Shown: positions 1-13,733 of the stretch, in pieces
How the letters are laid out: every line of letters begins with the position of its first letter
Position numbering within the stretch: the first letter of the stretch is position 1
Source: Sphagnum compactum
Lineage: Eukaryota
Direction: 5' to 3'
Length of the DNA: 64,000 nucleotides
NCBI GenBank assembly: GCA_965153455.1
Contig: OZ234494.1
Coordinates: forward strand, 1,922,001-1,986,000
Program-made: the position numbers and the translations under genes
Notes under the pieces: model-generated
Databases searched by the model: none
What the model saw: only the letters and a program-made list of their open reading frames with translations
What the model was told of the DNA's origin: nothing

Positions 1-889
1 TTACCTTCATCATGTCCAAGAATAAAATTGGGTTGCAGTTATATGATAAGTGGTTGGTGAGATCTCTTGGGTGTTGTTGTATCACTTCATTGCTTGAGTA
101 ATAATTTTATTACTAAAAGTGTTAGTGACCATTTTTGCCCCGATGGCAAGGAGCACCACACTTTCATTTCCTATGTTTTGCCTAAACTTGTAATGAGAAA
201 ACTTACAAAGGTGGTAGCAAGCACCACACCTTTATCCCATATTCTTTGCCCAGAACTTAACAGGGGCAAACTTCCAAATGTGTCCAAAAGGGAAGGCTTC
301 TTGCACAGAGGTGCAAAGTGCAAAAGGTCAAATGACGATTACCTTCAAAACCTTGCCTAAACCATATTAGACTTAAGATCTGGATCCTATGTTAAGGGCC
401 TTAACATAGGATGCTCATGCTGGTTCTAGGGCCAAGTCTAACTAGTATTTCTATTAGGAATTTTCACTTGGAACCAAAGGGATGATCATCCATAGAAAGA
501 TGTTAAGAAACTAGCGATCATGGCTATAAACCAGATATGAAATACAAATCTTTAATCATCTTTTTATGATCTTGGCTATCCGTTGAAAACCAATCATAGG
601 AATCTGACAATTTGTACTACTGTTTTTTTGCACTTTTGGCAATTGAAAACCTTCAAAATCACTTGATTTTTGAACTTTTAATTTTTGAAATTTCTTTTTG
701 GTGAACTTTCTCCAACAATAAAAGGTTGAATCTAAATGACCTTGGCTTTCCTTGGGTTGGGTCTGGGTCTCGAGGTAGGGCCTTGACCCATGGCTTGTCT
801 TATGGCAAGTCTTGTCTCATGTAAATCCACTGGATCTGGTTTTTAAAACTGTACCCACATTGGAACCGGAACCAACCAACATTGCTTTA

Positions 890-1740
890 AGACACACCTA
901 ACATCCCAAGCTTCCTGAATGCAGTTGTCGTCCACACTGAGATTCTCAGACTAACTAGGATTACCCAGAAGTTCAAATGTAAGTGCTCTCTTGTTACATC
1001 CTTACCGTGAAGTCCATCACACTGACATACCATCCCACTGCATGCTTCTTCATCTCATCCAGTAACATACCAACCCCTAGGCACAATTCACTCAAATTTT
1101 CATGCATCAAATAATCTACCACAGTTTGGAACTCAGTGAAGCCTGACACAAGTCCAACAAATCATTGAAAGATAAGCTCATGAGTCATGACTGCCAGGGA
1201 CTTTCTATCATCCATCTACCAATGGGATCACAGAAGTTTTGAAACATTCAACCCATCACACTCTTCTAGAGAGACATGCTAAGTATTGGAACCAGGAAGA
1301 GCAGTGGAATCAATGAAATTATGCCATCTTACCAATGCAAGCCTTCTCTCCAAAGAGATCAGCGTTTACAAAAATTTCTAAGTTACATGCATGCTAGTCT
1401 GTGGCTTGACAACTACTGCCACCTTCAAAAACCACCTGATCAAGCTAACTGACTTCTTCACCTCCATCCACTCCTGCCTTCATATTCACACCCTTTCTCT
1501 GAGTTCATCCTCTTCTCCCAGAAGCTTCAGCAGCTCATCATTAAATTGGCAAGCATTGAGTTTTGCAAAAAGCAACTAATTTCCCGGTGCCTCCAAGAAA
1601 CACTACTTTCCAGTGCCAGAAACGGCGCCTTGAACCACCCATCAGCAGCAGAAGCATCCCTAACTAGAACCCTACCATCCACTAACCCAACTAGCTGGAA
1701 TGTTTTTGCTGTTACATTTTGGTCACTTGAAAACTGATCC
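890..1740 (-). pseudogene. Degenerate protein-coding fragment of unknown family
   Basis: Protein-like reading (FQLVGLVDGRVLVRDASAADGWFKAPF...; FNDELLKLLGEEDELRERV...HELIFQ*FVGLVSGFTEFQTVVDYL) broken by frameshifts and stops; higher GC than the flanks. Family not recognised. Confidence 0.4.
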
Positions 1741-2046
1741 TGTGACCCTTTCTTTATCACATATATTTTGAGAGGCTGGTATTCTAGTTTCAAAATATTC
1801 TGTTCATAGATGCATTGTTCAAGGCAACACAAGCCAGTGATGAAAGAAATTTACCAAACATGACAATCTACATACAAGCAAAAAGAGGCAAATCTCAATG
1901 ATGGGCTTGACTGAGAACACAATGCCACTGGTACCACAATGCTAAGGATACCAGTGTTGTCACTAAATGTTAAATCTTCTTTAGATTCTTGCCAATTTAT
2001 GCTACCTCAAAAAAAAAAAAAATCAAAAAGGGTGGGGGGCGGGGGG

Positions 2047-2165
2047 ATAATACTTATATCAAACATCATCATAAACACTTGTAAACACAAACATAGATCT
2101 ATTTATGAGAATAGTTCCTCAATTACAGCACCTTGTGTTCCAAGCTCCTTCATAAATTTGTGCTT
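2047..2165. repeat. Dispersed ~120-bp direct repeat, copy 1 (LTR-like, preceded by a purine tract)
   Basis: Shares atcaaacatcatcataaacacttgtaaacacaaac...caccttgtgttccaagctccttcataaat with 10270-10387. Confidence 0.8.
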
Positions 2166-3739
2166 TAAGAGGAAAGCATTTTATGAGTTGCGTTACTTTT
2201 CATGGGTCCATTCACGATTGAGGTACCAAAAAGAGTGTTTAACTAAAAAATGATTGCAAAGGACAACTTTGGATTTTTGTTTATCTTACAGTATTATAAT
2301 TGTAATAGATTGTTGTATGCCAATAGATAAACTAATGTCTTTTTGAATTAATACAAATATTTAAAAATAATTTGGACACTATGTTAATGTCCTTTTGAGT
2401 CCTGTAAATTAAAGGAATCATGTGTCTAAAGTACATTTTTAAAAGTAATCAAAAGGAAAACATAAAATCATACAATTGATTTCAAATTTTTTTTACAACA
2501 AAAACATGCCCCCTTCTATGAAAGTACATGTTCATTGGATGAACTTGATGAAAAACCAAATCATTCAAAATTTTCAAAATTTTGAAAGAAAGGGCTACAA
2601 GGCAAAGGATTCATTTTTAAAATCATTTGATAAAAAATTTATGTTCAATGGGTTCAAAATGTCTAACTTTAGATGCAAATCACATGTGAAGGAAATAAAC
2701 ATGCCAAAAAACATATTTGGTTGTCCGTTGAAACTCATTTTGGGATTTTTTGCATTTCTGGCATTAAACTAAAATATTCATACACAATCATGTATGATTG
2801 TGAAAAATCACCATCAACACATGAATTATCTTATATTGGACTATTCAATTTTTCTCACTTAAATTTGTTTCATGTAAATGTTATTTGTTTAAAATAACTC
2901 TAAAAAGTCCTTAAGACTCTTTTTTCCTTTTTTGGTATTGCAACCGTGAATGGACTCTCATTAGGTGAACAACATGTTGCTTTCATGAAGAAGGATAATG
3001 GATAAACCCTAAACCCCTATCCAATGTGTAATCCAAATGTTCAAGCTAATATGGCCCCAAGTTTCTTCAAAATTTCAAATTGTGTTGTTTGTTTCTATGA
3101 ATTCCCACATGATGACATTATAATTTTTACTTGTCGACACATTTATCACCCTTGGTGTGCATTAATCCACTTCAAACAAACTAGCTAATGTGTTAAAGCA
3201 TGTTGTAATACAATCATGTCCCTTAAGAATAATATAAAAGTTTCAACTTTAGAAAGTTTGACAAGGATATGTTGGAGAAAGAGGTTTTTGAAAGTTATGA
3301 GGAAGCAAGATTACATCAATTAAATCAAAGGAGGCAAGTTGTCCCAATGTTGGTAAGTTATATATTTTTTGACTTGTAGATTATTATTTTCATTTGTTGG
3401 TGCTACATTTTATAAATGGTTGAGTACTTGTACAAATTGTCTTACAACCTTGATTATAAATAAATAGTCCTTTAGCAACACTAACAATAGACAATGGCTA
3501 TGATTATATTTATGTACACTACAAGTAGCACTCACAACACATAGTTCTTGTGAATGTAATCTGATAATATAAAAATTGAACACTCATGTTACTTTTTGTA
3601 GGTTTGTTTGCACTTTACAATATTAATATACTCATTTGTATATGCTATGTGTAATTCTTTGTCCATGTGAATGTAATTTGTGTTGGATTATACCAATTTT
3701 AGGACCCTGACAATGTTCTTTATGCATTTGTTGTACATT

Positions 3740-6510
3740 GTTTATTCTATAAGCATATTCAAATGTGTTAGGTTTCATTTTCCATAATGATATCAAAACA
3801 TCAATCTTTCTTTTGACTTTTGCCTCTTCTTGGAATGACAATTTACTACGAGTAGTCTGACATGGTGGAAAACCTTGTGTATCCACAATATGTTCTCCAA
3901 CTTTACAACATGTTAATTCACCCTTATGCCAAACAAATACATTTGGAAATTATTCCAACAATTGCCACAATTGATCAACCTTTCTTTGATTTAGTGTTGC
4001 ATCAATTTTGTTCTTGAACTTGATCTTGTCCCACTTCTCCTATTGTTTTTCATCAAATCTAATATTTGTAAATGTAACATCATGTTTTTCCTTATCCTCT
4101 CCCATCCTTAGTTGAAACACTATTGGACATTCTCTAGATCATTTACCACTACCTATTTCATTTTTTGCATCTTTGTCCTCATTTTTGGAACACACTTCAT
4201 CTAGTTTTCAAAATCATCAAAGTCTGGAAGTTCTCCAAATATCATGTTGTTAGTTTGTTCCTCCAACAATAGATTGATGATTCCGTTAGGCCTTTTTTGC
4301 ATCACAAAAGTTTATTGTCCATTATCTTGAAATTCTTCTAGCATTTCATGATCTTCATGTAGGTTAAAACTTGGTAATTCATCTTGTTCATCAACTTCCA
4401 ATTCACCATCTTTATCTTCAAATGCATCATGGTTAAATTCCCCATTATTTGATTACTTGTTGAAGTATCATAAAAAATCTACATATCCCCAATGATATCC
4501 ATTTGATGTAACCTAACTCCATTAATTTCATTGTATTTTTTTCATTTGCATTGGACTTAAGTTAGACTTTCTCCTTGACCATTTGCAACATGTTACCCAT
4601 GTTTAATGGTAGTATCTATATGTTATTTCTAGGACCTTGCCTAACTTGGATTGTCCCCTTCTTCACATCTACAATAACCTTTATTTTGATAAAAAAATCC
4701 AATCCCAACACAGGTCATCATTGTTTATGTCTATAATCAAGTCATCATTACTTGCGTTTATAATCATGAATGTCACGAAACACTATATCTTTCGAATTCT
4801 TGTACGTATTTCATTTATTTTTCACAATGCTTGTGTCATTACACCTAAAGCAATCTTATAATATTTTGAACCTGTCACCAAATGCATGATTCCTAATTTT
4901 CGAACCACACTAGTTGCCATGATAGACATGATTGTCAAGTAACAACCAAACCTTCCACTAGATGATTTTTGATTTCCACTAACATATGCAAGGTTTTATT
5001 AATTATATTGGTTCTTGTTGATGCAAATTCTATGAACTATTGATGTACCTTTAATTATAATCACATTTGTTGATTTCAAACTTTGATCTCATTTCCTCCT
5101 TGCCAACTTCAAAAAACTTTCCAAGTATTATAGTTCCCCAAAAATAGACAAAATTATCTCCATAGGAAATAAGGAAATCTTGTTTAAATGATGAAATGTG
5201 TAAGGATTTTGACCTAGCAGATCCTTCTTTCATGATATCAACTAACCTTGATTCCATAGTTCTATCATCAACTACATTAGTTTTTAGTACTTATATCTCC
5301 ACCAACAATTTTTTTTTAACATTTTAACTCCAAACAATATATCATCTTTAGTCCCACATAGTCGATTTTATTATTCCAAATTAGTTGTTTCATCGTGAAC
5401 AAGGACTTTCAAGTAATTATTAACTATAGATGATGTTTTGACATCTTTTTCCTTTTTCTAACATCTATCCTTTGTATGACCCAGTCTTGAACAATATCCA
5501 CATCTAACACCACATTTTTCCATCCTACAAAGAATACCACATTTACAACATTTGGGCTAAAAGTCTCCAATATATTCTTAGACACATTATAGCAACATGA
5601 TCCATGCAATTGCATATCTAGAATGAAAAAGAGTTATCAACTCTTGTGGAACTTGCTACATGATTTACTAAAATCCCTTGCTTAATTTTTTTTATCAATG
5701 ATTCATTAAAAGCACTAACCTATTTATCCACCACCATGTCATTCATCATTCTTTCATCATGCTCTTCCTTAAAAGGTTCAAAAGGAACACATCCTTTAAT
5801 TCTGCCAATACCCACTCCATTTCCAAAGTTATAATGAACATAACATCCATATTTTCATAATTTCTCATTACATTCATCTTCCTAATATTAGGATGAAGTC
5901 AAGAAAGAAACCTTTTCCTCTATTTAACATTTTCAATCTTGCCCTTCATGAACAATTTCTACATTATGTCATAATAGGTTTATATTTGTTGTTTGGGATC
6001 TTGTTTGATCACATCCAACTTGCCTTTAATTTCCTCCTTATCAATAGTTCCATATTTCAGTAACATATTTACTTTCATGGCCTGTCAATCAAAAAGAGTC
6101 ATAAGTAACTTCTTGGACCACTTTTTTGCCTTGCTTCTTAGGTTCAATTTACTAATTTTGAATAATTTTTGTTCATCAATGCTTTTTACTTTTGTAGCCA
6201 TTTCCAACCTCTTTGCCCAATTAGTGACATTTTCAAGTTCTTCACCCCATAACAATTCATTCATGCCATTAGGACTTGTCATCTTATATTTCTCCTTCAA
6301 ATTTTTAAAAATTCAATTTTTACATTTATTGCATATAAAGAGCAAAACATTCACCTTTTTCATCAATGTTCATAACAAAATCTATGTTTTCCAAATTCTC
6401 TTTGATCCAACAATTTCCTACTTCCAACTTCCAATTCAACAACTTAGATATAGTACCATAATGATCAACCTTACTAGTTTTATCCTTTACCCTAAACATA
6501 TTTTCCATGC
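3740..6510 (-). mobile_element. Degenerate Ty3/Gypsy LTR retrotransposon internal region (gag, aspartic protease, start of RT)
   Basis: Gag-like ENVTNWAKRLEMA...KLFKISKLNLRSKAKKW at 6085-6300. Retropepsin-like LVEGLVV...MSIMATSVVRKLG...LGLDF at ~4690-4960. RT N-terminus DTQGFPPCQTTRSKLSFQEEAKVKRKIDVL...KPNTFEYA at 3740-3886. Many stops and frameshifts. Confidence 0.75.
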
Positions 6511-7457
6511 CTAGAACATAAAATATGATATAATGTTGTTTTGATATTGATACTATGGAAATCCAAATATCACCTAATATTTTACATTCTCAAAAGTGGG
6601 GATATCAAAATCAAAGATAGATGGATTGGTGGGTTTATTTGCATTGGAGTTGCTCTTAGCTTGTTCATCCATTGTTGCCCACCATCCACTTGGTCATAAA
6701 AATTCCAAATCAGCCTCACCTTCTTCCTCTTCAAATTTCACAAATCGCCTTTAATTATCATCAATGTTCAAACTGATAAGAATATCATTGCAACCAATGA
6801 AAAGTCATTCCAAATGTCTATCCCCATTCCTACAAAGATTCCAACACAAGGATTGTGCTTCTTGTCCATAAAATTCAACTTTCACAATCTTGTTTCCCTC
6901 ATTCAACTTTTATTCAATTTTTAGTTTATAAAAATGAACTCCTCCTTCAAAATGATTATTGCATATTGGGATCCACAAATCTTCTAGTTTAGGCACAACA
7001 TTTGGATCTTCATGGATGATATGTTGCTCAAGTTGACAAATAGGGCCATTGGGAGGTAAAGAAAAATCTAGTGTTGAAAGTGCAAAGGAGTACCCAATTG
7101 TAGCCATGCCTTGGAGTCATCAACCAAAGAGCTATAGTAACTTGGAAACTTGAATGAACTATTCCAATAGCAAAATCCCCAATTCTAGCCTCATGTGGGT
7201 TGGATCACATTATTTTAATAGTTGCAAAAATGGTTATATACAAAAGGGCAATACTTGGTAATGGTTATCTATCCAACATTGGTTGATAAAACATGACAAC
7301 CTTGCTTTAGGATTCATGGTAAGTTTTTTTCCAACTCATGCCTTCCATGGTCATGCATCATATCAAATAGTTGGAAGTTGTTACTTGTCTAGTTTTCTTT
7401 AGTAACTTTAGACATCACCAACCCATATCAATGTATAGATTATTTATGATATACTAA

Positions 7458-10237
7458 TACTAAAGGAAAAGTGGCAATTTGCAAATGGTCCTTGCAATTA
7501 GTTTTTAATCACAAGTGAATTTACAACTAAAATCCCATTAGTCATGTCAGACAAGTTGCATATGACATTAATTGCAAAATGACAATGAATTTTGGATGAA
7601 AAAATAAATCAACAAAATACATTTTCATCCTTTAGTTAGCCATATACATATTATCGTTTGTAATTAAGATGTAATTATTTTGGTGGAAAATGAGACCAAA
7701 TGATGTGTTGCCATGTGTCCCATCTTTAGCTATTTTAAATATTTTAATTATAATTCTGAAATAATCTAAGACATCCAATTTATATGTTTGGATGGTTTTA
7801 GATTATGACACATGACACAATTGGAATGTGCCATGTGAAACAATCAAAATGTGACATGTAGCATATTAATTAAATTTGACCAAAATCAATTTCAATAGGT
7901 AAGTATGTAAGTAGGTCAAATTAAGTAGGTAAGTAAGAAGGATCTACCTATTTGTTTACTTACACTAAACATGCACTTACCTACCTAGGCTAGATTTATA
8001 TTTAGGTAGGTAAATAAATAAGTAATCAAGTTGTTAAGTTGGTTAAGGAAGTAAGTTGTGTGTAAATTTTACTTACCTACCTAGGTTAGATATATACTTA
8101 GGTAGGTACATAAATAAATAACTAAGTTGTTAGGTGGTTAAAGAAATAAGCTAGTTAAAAGGTAGGCACATAATTTTTTAAATTTTATTTTGGATTAAGC
8201 CTTTTCAATTGGTTCATCCATATGGCTCATGTTTTTTAATATGAAAATGTAAGATAACCAATTTTCCATATTTTTTGTCACATGCACAAAAACGAAAACA
8301 AATAATGAAAGGATAGGTCTAACTCTAAATCCAAAACATGAAACAAATGAATCAAGACAAAAACACAAAGGCTAAGACTAAAAATACAAAGTTGAAATAC
8401 CAAAATACAAAAAAAAATTTATTGCAATGAAATAAAAAAAATGTAAACAAAAAAAAAAACAAAACAAGGCTATAGAACAAGATTGTACCTCATATTACTG
8501 TTGAACAAATTAAAGGTAATGGAGAGTTGTACCTTTATTATACCCTCTTGGGGACTTAGTTCAAAGAAGCTTCCTTGGAGCTTTCCATATGCCCACTAAC
8601 TACAAGTGAACTACGGATTAATTAAAATTTAACTAAAAATTAACTATGAATTAAATGACAATGAACTAAAAGTTAACTATGAACCATGAATGAATTCTAT
8701 TCATCATATGAAAATGATGTCCATAACATTTTTCAAATTGAGAATGGAAGATAAACCTTATGGAATAAATGTTTGGAGTTGAAATTCGATTGCGAATTAT
8801 GTTGCGATTAAAAAGTCTTGTTGCAAATTATTTACAACTAAAAGGCTTATTCCATATTTTTAAATATTTATTATTATTTTTATAAATTACATAATTAAGT
8901 AAATAAATGACTAATGAACTAATCAATTAATACTTAAACTAGCTAATTAAAGTAGTATAATTTTTTTTAAATCATATTAAAAAAAATTAATTCAAATCTG
9001 TGAATAATTAAATTAAATTATGAATTATGAAACTTATGTAACTAATGTAGAAATAAAATAATTAAAATTAATATAAAATAATCAATTTTTGTTACTTTAA
9101 AAGTGTTATTTGTTACTGTAAAAATCTATGCATTAATATTTATTATTTATTATAAATAGGTAATTATAAAAATTAGATCAAATAGTTAATTATACTTAAA
9201 TTTTTTATATACAATAATTACATCCAAAATTTTAATTATATTTTAAAAAATTAATAATATTTTTAGTATTTCAAATTATGAATACCAAATTAAATTATAA
9301 ATTATACAATTAATATGTAAATATTTTAATTAATATATAATTTTATATTAAATTAATTCATATTTTATTACCCACAAGATTAAAAATTACTAAAAATTTC
9401 TTTAAATTATTAGTTATAAATTAGAAATGTATTAATAATTAAGTTTAATTATAAATTATATCACTTCCATAATTAATTAATTAAAATTCATTTAAATAAT
9501 TAATTTAATTTGTTAAGATATTAGTAAATAGTGTTAAATTTATGTTGTAATAATAGTTTTATTTAAAATAAATTATTATAGACAATAAATATGATAACTT
9601 AGTGTAATTAAATTACTATAATTACAATATTTACATCAAATAACGTGATTATAAGAAAATTGTTATGAATATTTCTAATAGTAATTTCAAATAAAAATCA
9701 GAAATTATGAATACCAATTTTGATTATAAATTATATAGTTACTACAATTATGTATAACTACTATAATTATAGTGAATTTACAATAGTTTTATATCAATTG
9801 TAGTAATTAATTTTATTGAAATTTTTGAATTTTTTTGGTGATTAGCAAATATTTTTTTTGGTTAATATTCAAGCATTATACATAATTCATTGTATATACA
9901 TGTACATCCTAATATGCATTTACATATTAATGAATGGAATACATTTAATACACCATTATAAAACCATACACCTAGGAAGATGCAAAATACATTTTGAATA
10001 CATATAAGGTTGCAACTCATTTGACCACATTTGCAACTAACGGGACATAGATGGGTATTTTAAATGAAAACCATGTTAAAAGTTCAACAAATGAAAAAAT
10101 TTAAAAAACATTAATCACAAGTTAGTTGCAATGTAAGTCAAGCACAACCAAATGTAAAAAATATTTTAAAAATAACCAATGATAATCACAAGTAGTCGCA
10201 AATTGATCGATGACAAAAACTTAGTTTTTTTCGAGTG
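7458..10237. mobile_element. Probable degenerate non-autonomous DNA transposon (CACTA-like ends) with an extremely AT-rich core
   Basis: Degenerate ends TACTAAAGGAAAA and TTTTTTTCGAGTG; GGTA/TACC motif arrays; subterminal ttgcaatta/ttgcaact motifs at both ends; no ORFs. Confidence 0.35.
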
Positions 10238-10269
10238 CTAAAGACTACTTTGGTACCAAAAAGAGGGGC

Positions 10270-10387
10270 ATAACACTTATCAAACATCATCATAAACACT
10301 TGTAAACACAAACTAAGATATGTTTATGAGAGTAATTCATTAGCTACAACACCTTGTGTTCCAAGCTCCTTCATAAATATGTGTTCC
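10270..10387. repeat. Dispersed ~120-bp direct repeat, copy 2
   Basis: Matches 2047-2165; preceded by aaaaagagggg. Confidence 0.8.
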
Positions 10388-12029
10388 AATCTAATTTAAC
10401 AATAGACCTTAACATAATGGCAAAGATGGATAAAATCTTGTGGATCTCCTTTCATCGGGCTATCATGATTATTTGATGTGATATAAAAGACAAACATTAC
10501 TTAAACCCCACATAGAATCTCCATCTTGTCTACAACATATTCACAACAATAACAATTTGGAAACACTAATAAGCATAATGTCCCAATCATCTAGCACACC
10601 ATCAATTGATCTCTGTCGTATCCTAATCCCTTCCCAATGGCTTGCACCTTTGTTCATAGTTCCCATATTCTAGGTATTTGATCTCCCCATGCATGGACAA
10701 AATTGCAATTCAAACATACAATCAAACATACTTGACTTGGACAACAAATGCCATAAATAGATCAACCCATATTTGATGCCCTAAAACATTTCATTAGTTC
10801 CATCTATGCCTCTAAGGACTCATCTAACACCACCTACCCAATCATCAATTTTCCTTGTGCAAAGAAAATCGTGGAGACTAACATACACACATGTATACAT
10901 AACTTCACACCAAGGCATTATTCCCTTCAATGTGACTACAACATAAATCACAACACCAAAGCAAAACATCCAATCTTCCTAGGATAACCAAAATGCAAAT
11001 TGGTGTTTAGGTTATCCAAAATGCAACTATTTATTCTCATCATCCACTAGCTTCACTCCACCACCACCACCACCACCAATCGCAACTATTAAAAAAAAGA
11101 AAAATAAAATAAAAAACCTGCTAACCAAACAAATCCCAAAAACATCACTCCTTCATAAGTCAATGCCATCACTCTCACAACCTCCACAAATCATGGATAT
11201 AAAAGAAGAGTGATATAAAAGACAAAACAAGAAATAGTTTTCAATGTTTAGCCAAAAACATGTGAGTCGATTTTCACACCACAAACCTTTAAAATTAAAA
11301 CAAAATTTACTTTTTTTCCTGTGATACGCTACAATAATTATAGGAGGTCTTCATGAATATTAAATATAAGTAAATATAAGTATATAAGTATAACAATAAA
11401 ATTCAAAAAAAAAATCGTGGAAAAATGGCAACTGTATTAAAAAATAAAGGGAATAATAAGCAAAAAAAAGAGTATTCCTGTTTCATCTTTGTTGTCCCAG
11501 GATGGGAAAATTCACCACAAAAGAAACGCTGATGATAATGGTGATCTTTCAAAACATGAAAGTGTGGATGAAAAAAAAATCATCCAAATATTATGCTTGC
11601 ACAACCAGATGCACAGTGTTAGGAGCTGCAAAAAGATTAGTCCTGAAAGCTTGCTTTTCCATAAGGTGTCAAAATGGTGTGATTTTCAGGTCATTTGTCA
11701 TTTTCCTTCCGTCTTTTCACAGCTCACCAAACAAGAACAGCTTCAAAAGGACATTGGAGTCAAAAGCCTTGAGGTATCCCCAAAATTGAATTGACCGGAA
11801 GTCAGTCAGAAAGGGTCTTCTTACCTTTCTCTTTAGTCTTTAGGTGCTTTCTCTTTGCTTCATTCAGTACGTTAGAAAAACTCAAACCTCCAGGATGATG
11901 CCAGAGCTGAAAGCTTCCAATATATGTAATGGCTAAGCGAAAGAAACTGGAAGCAAAAGAGATGGGAATTTCGGGTTGTAAAAAGCTCGAGTTTTCACAC
12001 AGTCCACTCAGCCATGTGATCGTGGTGGG

Positions 12030-12380
12030 TCTAGACCCCTGTTTGTTGGGCGGTTCTTTACTTAGAACCTCAGCTTCTGGATCCACATGTATGTAAATGG
12101 AACCAGGAAATCTGCTTCTGGGTCCAGTTCTTTAAAAAAACTTCTGGCTCGGGTTCTGGTTCTGGTTTTGGAACTCAGATTGGGTTTTGTTCCAGTTCCG
12201 GTTCCGGTTCCACACACTTGAAATTAAAGTTTCTAATTGGGGATCTAGTTCTTCCAAAAAGAAGAATTCTGATTCTGATTCTGAAACTGGTTCCAAAAAT
12301 CAGTTCAGTTCTTCCTAACCAGGATGATGGCCAATCTAAGTTACAAGCCGGGTAGCAGCTGAACACTGATCCAGACCAGC
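12030..12380. repeat. GGTTCC/GGAACC-rich repeat element (hAT-MITE-like subterminal motifs)
   Basis: Dense ggttct/ggttcc/ggaacc hexamers; similar motifs at ~830-880. Confidence 0.45.
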
Positions 12381-12697
12381 ACCCAATGCACTTTTGCTAA
12401 CATTACACATCCTTTTTGCTTGCAATAAACTTCCCTTTTGTGGACCTCAAAATTCTGCCATCGCGTTACCAATTTTTTTTGGTCAGCCAACTGGGCAGTT
12501 GTTCATCTACACATGCACCCCAATTTGCGCAGTCAAGATTGACCAAACTTCCCAAACCTACAACACAGTCAGCTACGAGTCATTCCAGCCCAGATGTTCA
12601 TGTTACTAGAGAGAGCAATAAAATTACAGTTTCATCGAAAAGTTTTCATTCAAGGTGAACTTTGTATTGGGGAAATTTATTATGGGTTTGATACTAA

Positions 12698-13035
12698 GGC
12701 TCAGTTTAGACGAGGGTCCAGGGTCCAATTTCCTAGGAACCAATTTGGACTGATTTGAAGCTAATTGAATCCTTGAGTTGGGACTGTACCTTGGTCCCTA
12801 GCCTGATTCTTGGTTCTCCAAATCTGGAGCTCTCCTTTCAGCAGTGTTGTTTTTTGGTGCGAACCAATTGATTTTCCCTCCAAAACAGGTGCCATGTAGG
12901 TTCAGCCTCAATTTGCCACTTTTTGGTGGTCTTGGACCCTTGTCTAAAGGCCTTGGGACCAATTTAAAGCTTTCAACCAATAAGATTGCTAGAATTCATT
13001 GGTCCCTGGACCTTGGACCCTCGTCTAAAGTCGCA
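12698..13035. mobile_element. Tourist/PIF-Harbinger-like MITE (~338 bp)
   Basis: Perfect 16-bp inverted repeat TTTAGACGAGGGTCCA (12705-12720) / TGGACCCTCGTCTAAA (13014-13029). The left end GGCTCAGTTTAG is Tourist-like, and the flanks are TAA and TTA. Confidence 0.8.
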
Positions 13036-13256
13036 TTACATTAGAAGGATTCCAGTCAAACCCGAGACCCTGCTCTCACGGGCAATCGTAGACCAACCCC
13101 CACCAACCACCCAGGCTCAAAGTAGTCGAAGACCCAACGCAAGGTTCTTTTCGGCATAAGAAGATGTAGCGTCAGTTTCGGAGGGTATTTGTTGGCGGAA
13201 ATAGAGCCAAGGTGGTGTTTGTTTGCGATTTTTGCAGAGCTCGAAGTTCGCTTGTG

Positions 13257-13733
13257 ATGGCTGTCGCACACGCTATGGCTGCTACCCCTGCGACCAACAC
13301 TCGTTGCAGTCTCTCAGGAAACGGGGAGGCTAGCACAAGTTTAGTGGCATCTTCTTCAGGCACCAAGGTCACGAGGGCAGTTTTATCGGGGTGCAGGGAC
13401 AAGAAGCGCGTCGTGTGTCTGCGACGACGGCAGGGAAAGGATAGCCGTCAATTCAAGGAACAATCCTCCTTGAATGTGGGGCGCTTAAGGGAGACGTTTT
13501 TGCAAGTTGAAAGTTTTGGCAGGGAAGGAAGTGGGAATTGCCATCCCTCCAAGCGCGGCGTGATGGCGATTAGGGCTGGCAGTGCGGGGGTGCTGGAAGG
13601 TGCGCCTCCTGCAACTCGTGATGAGCCCACGATCGTGGAAGTAGATCTCGGAGATCGGAGCTACCCTATCTACATTGGTGCTGGTTTGCTCAACCAACCG
13701 GAGTTGCTACAGAGGCACGTTAAGGGGAAGAAG
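13257..13733 (+). CDS. DHQS: DHQS coding exon 1 (transit peptide and start of catalytic domain)
   Basis: ATG at 13257; 159 codons ending HVKGKK; donor GTATGG at 13734. Confidence 0.9.

Noticed and set aside
5350..5365. snRNA USE-like GTCCCACATAG; also AACCCACAAC...TATAGA at 40102-40140.
   Set aside because: No recognisable snRNA follows either site, and the first lacks a TATA box and lies inside a Gypsy relic.
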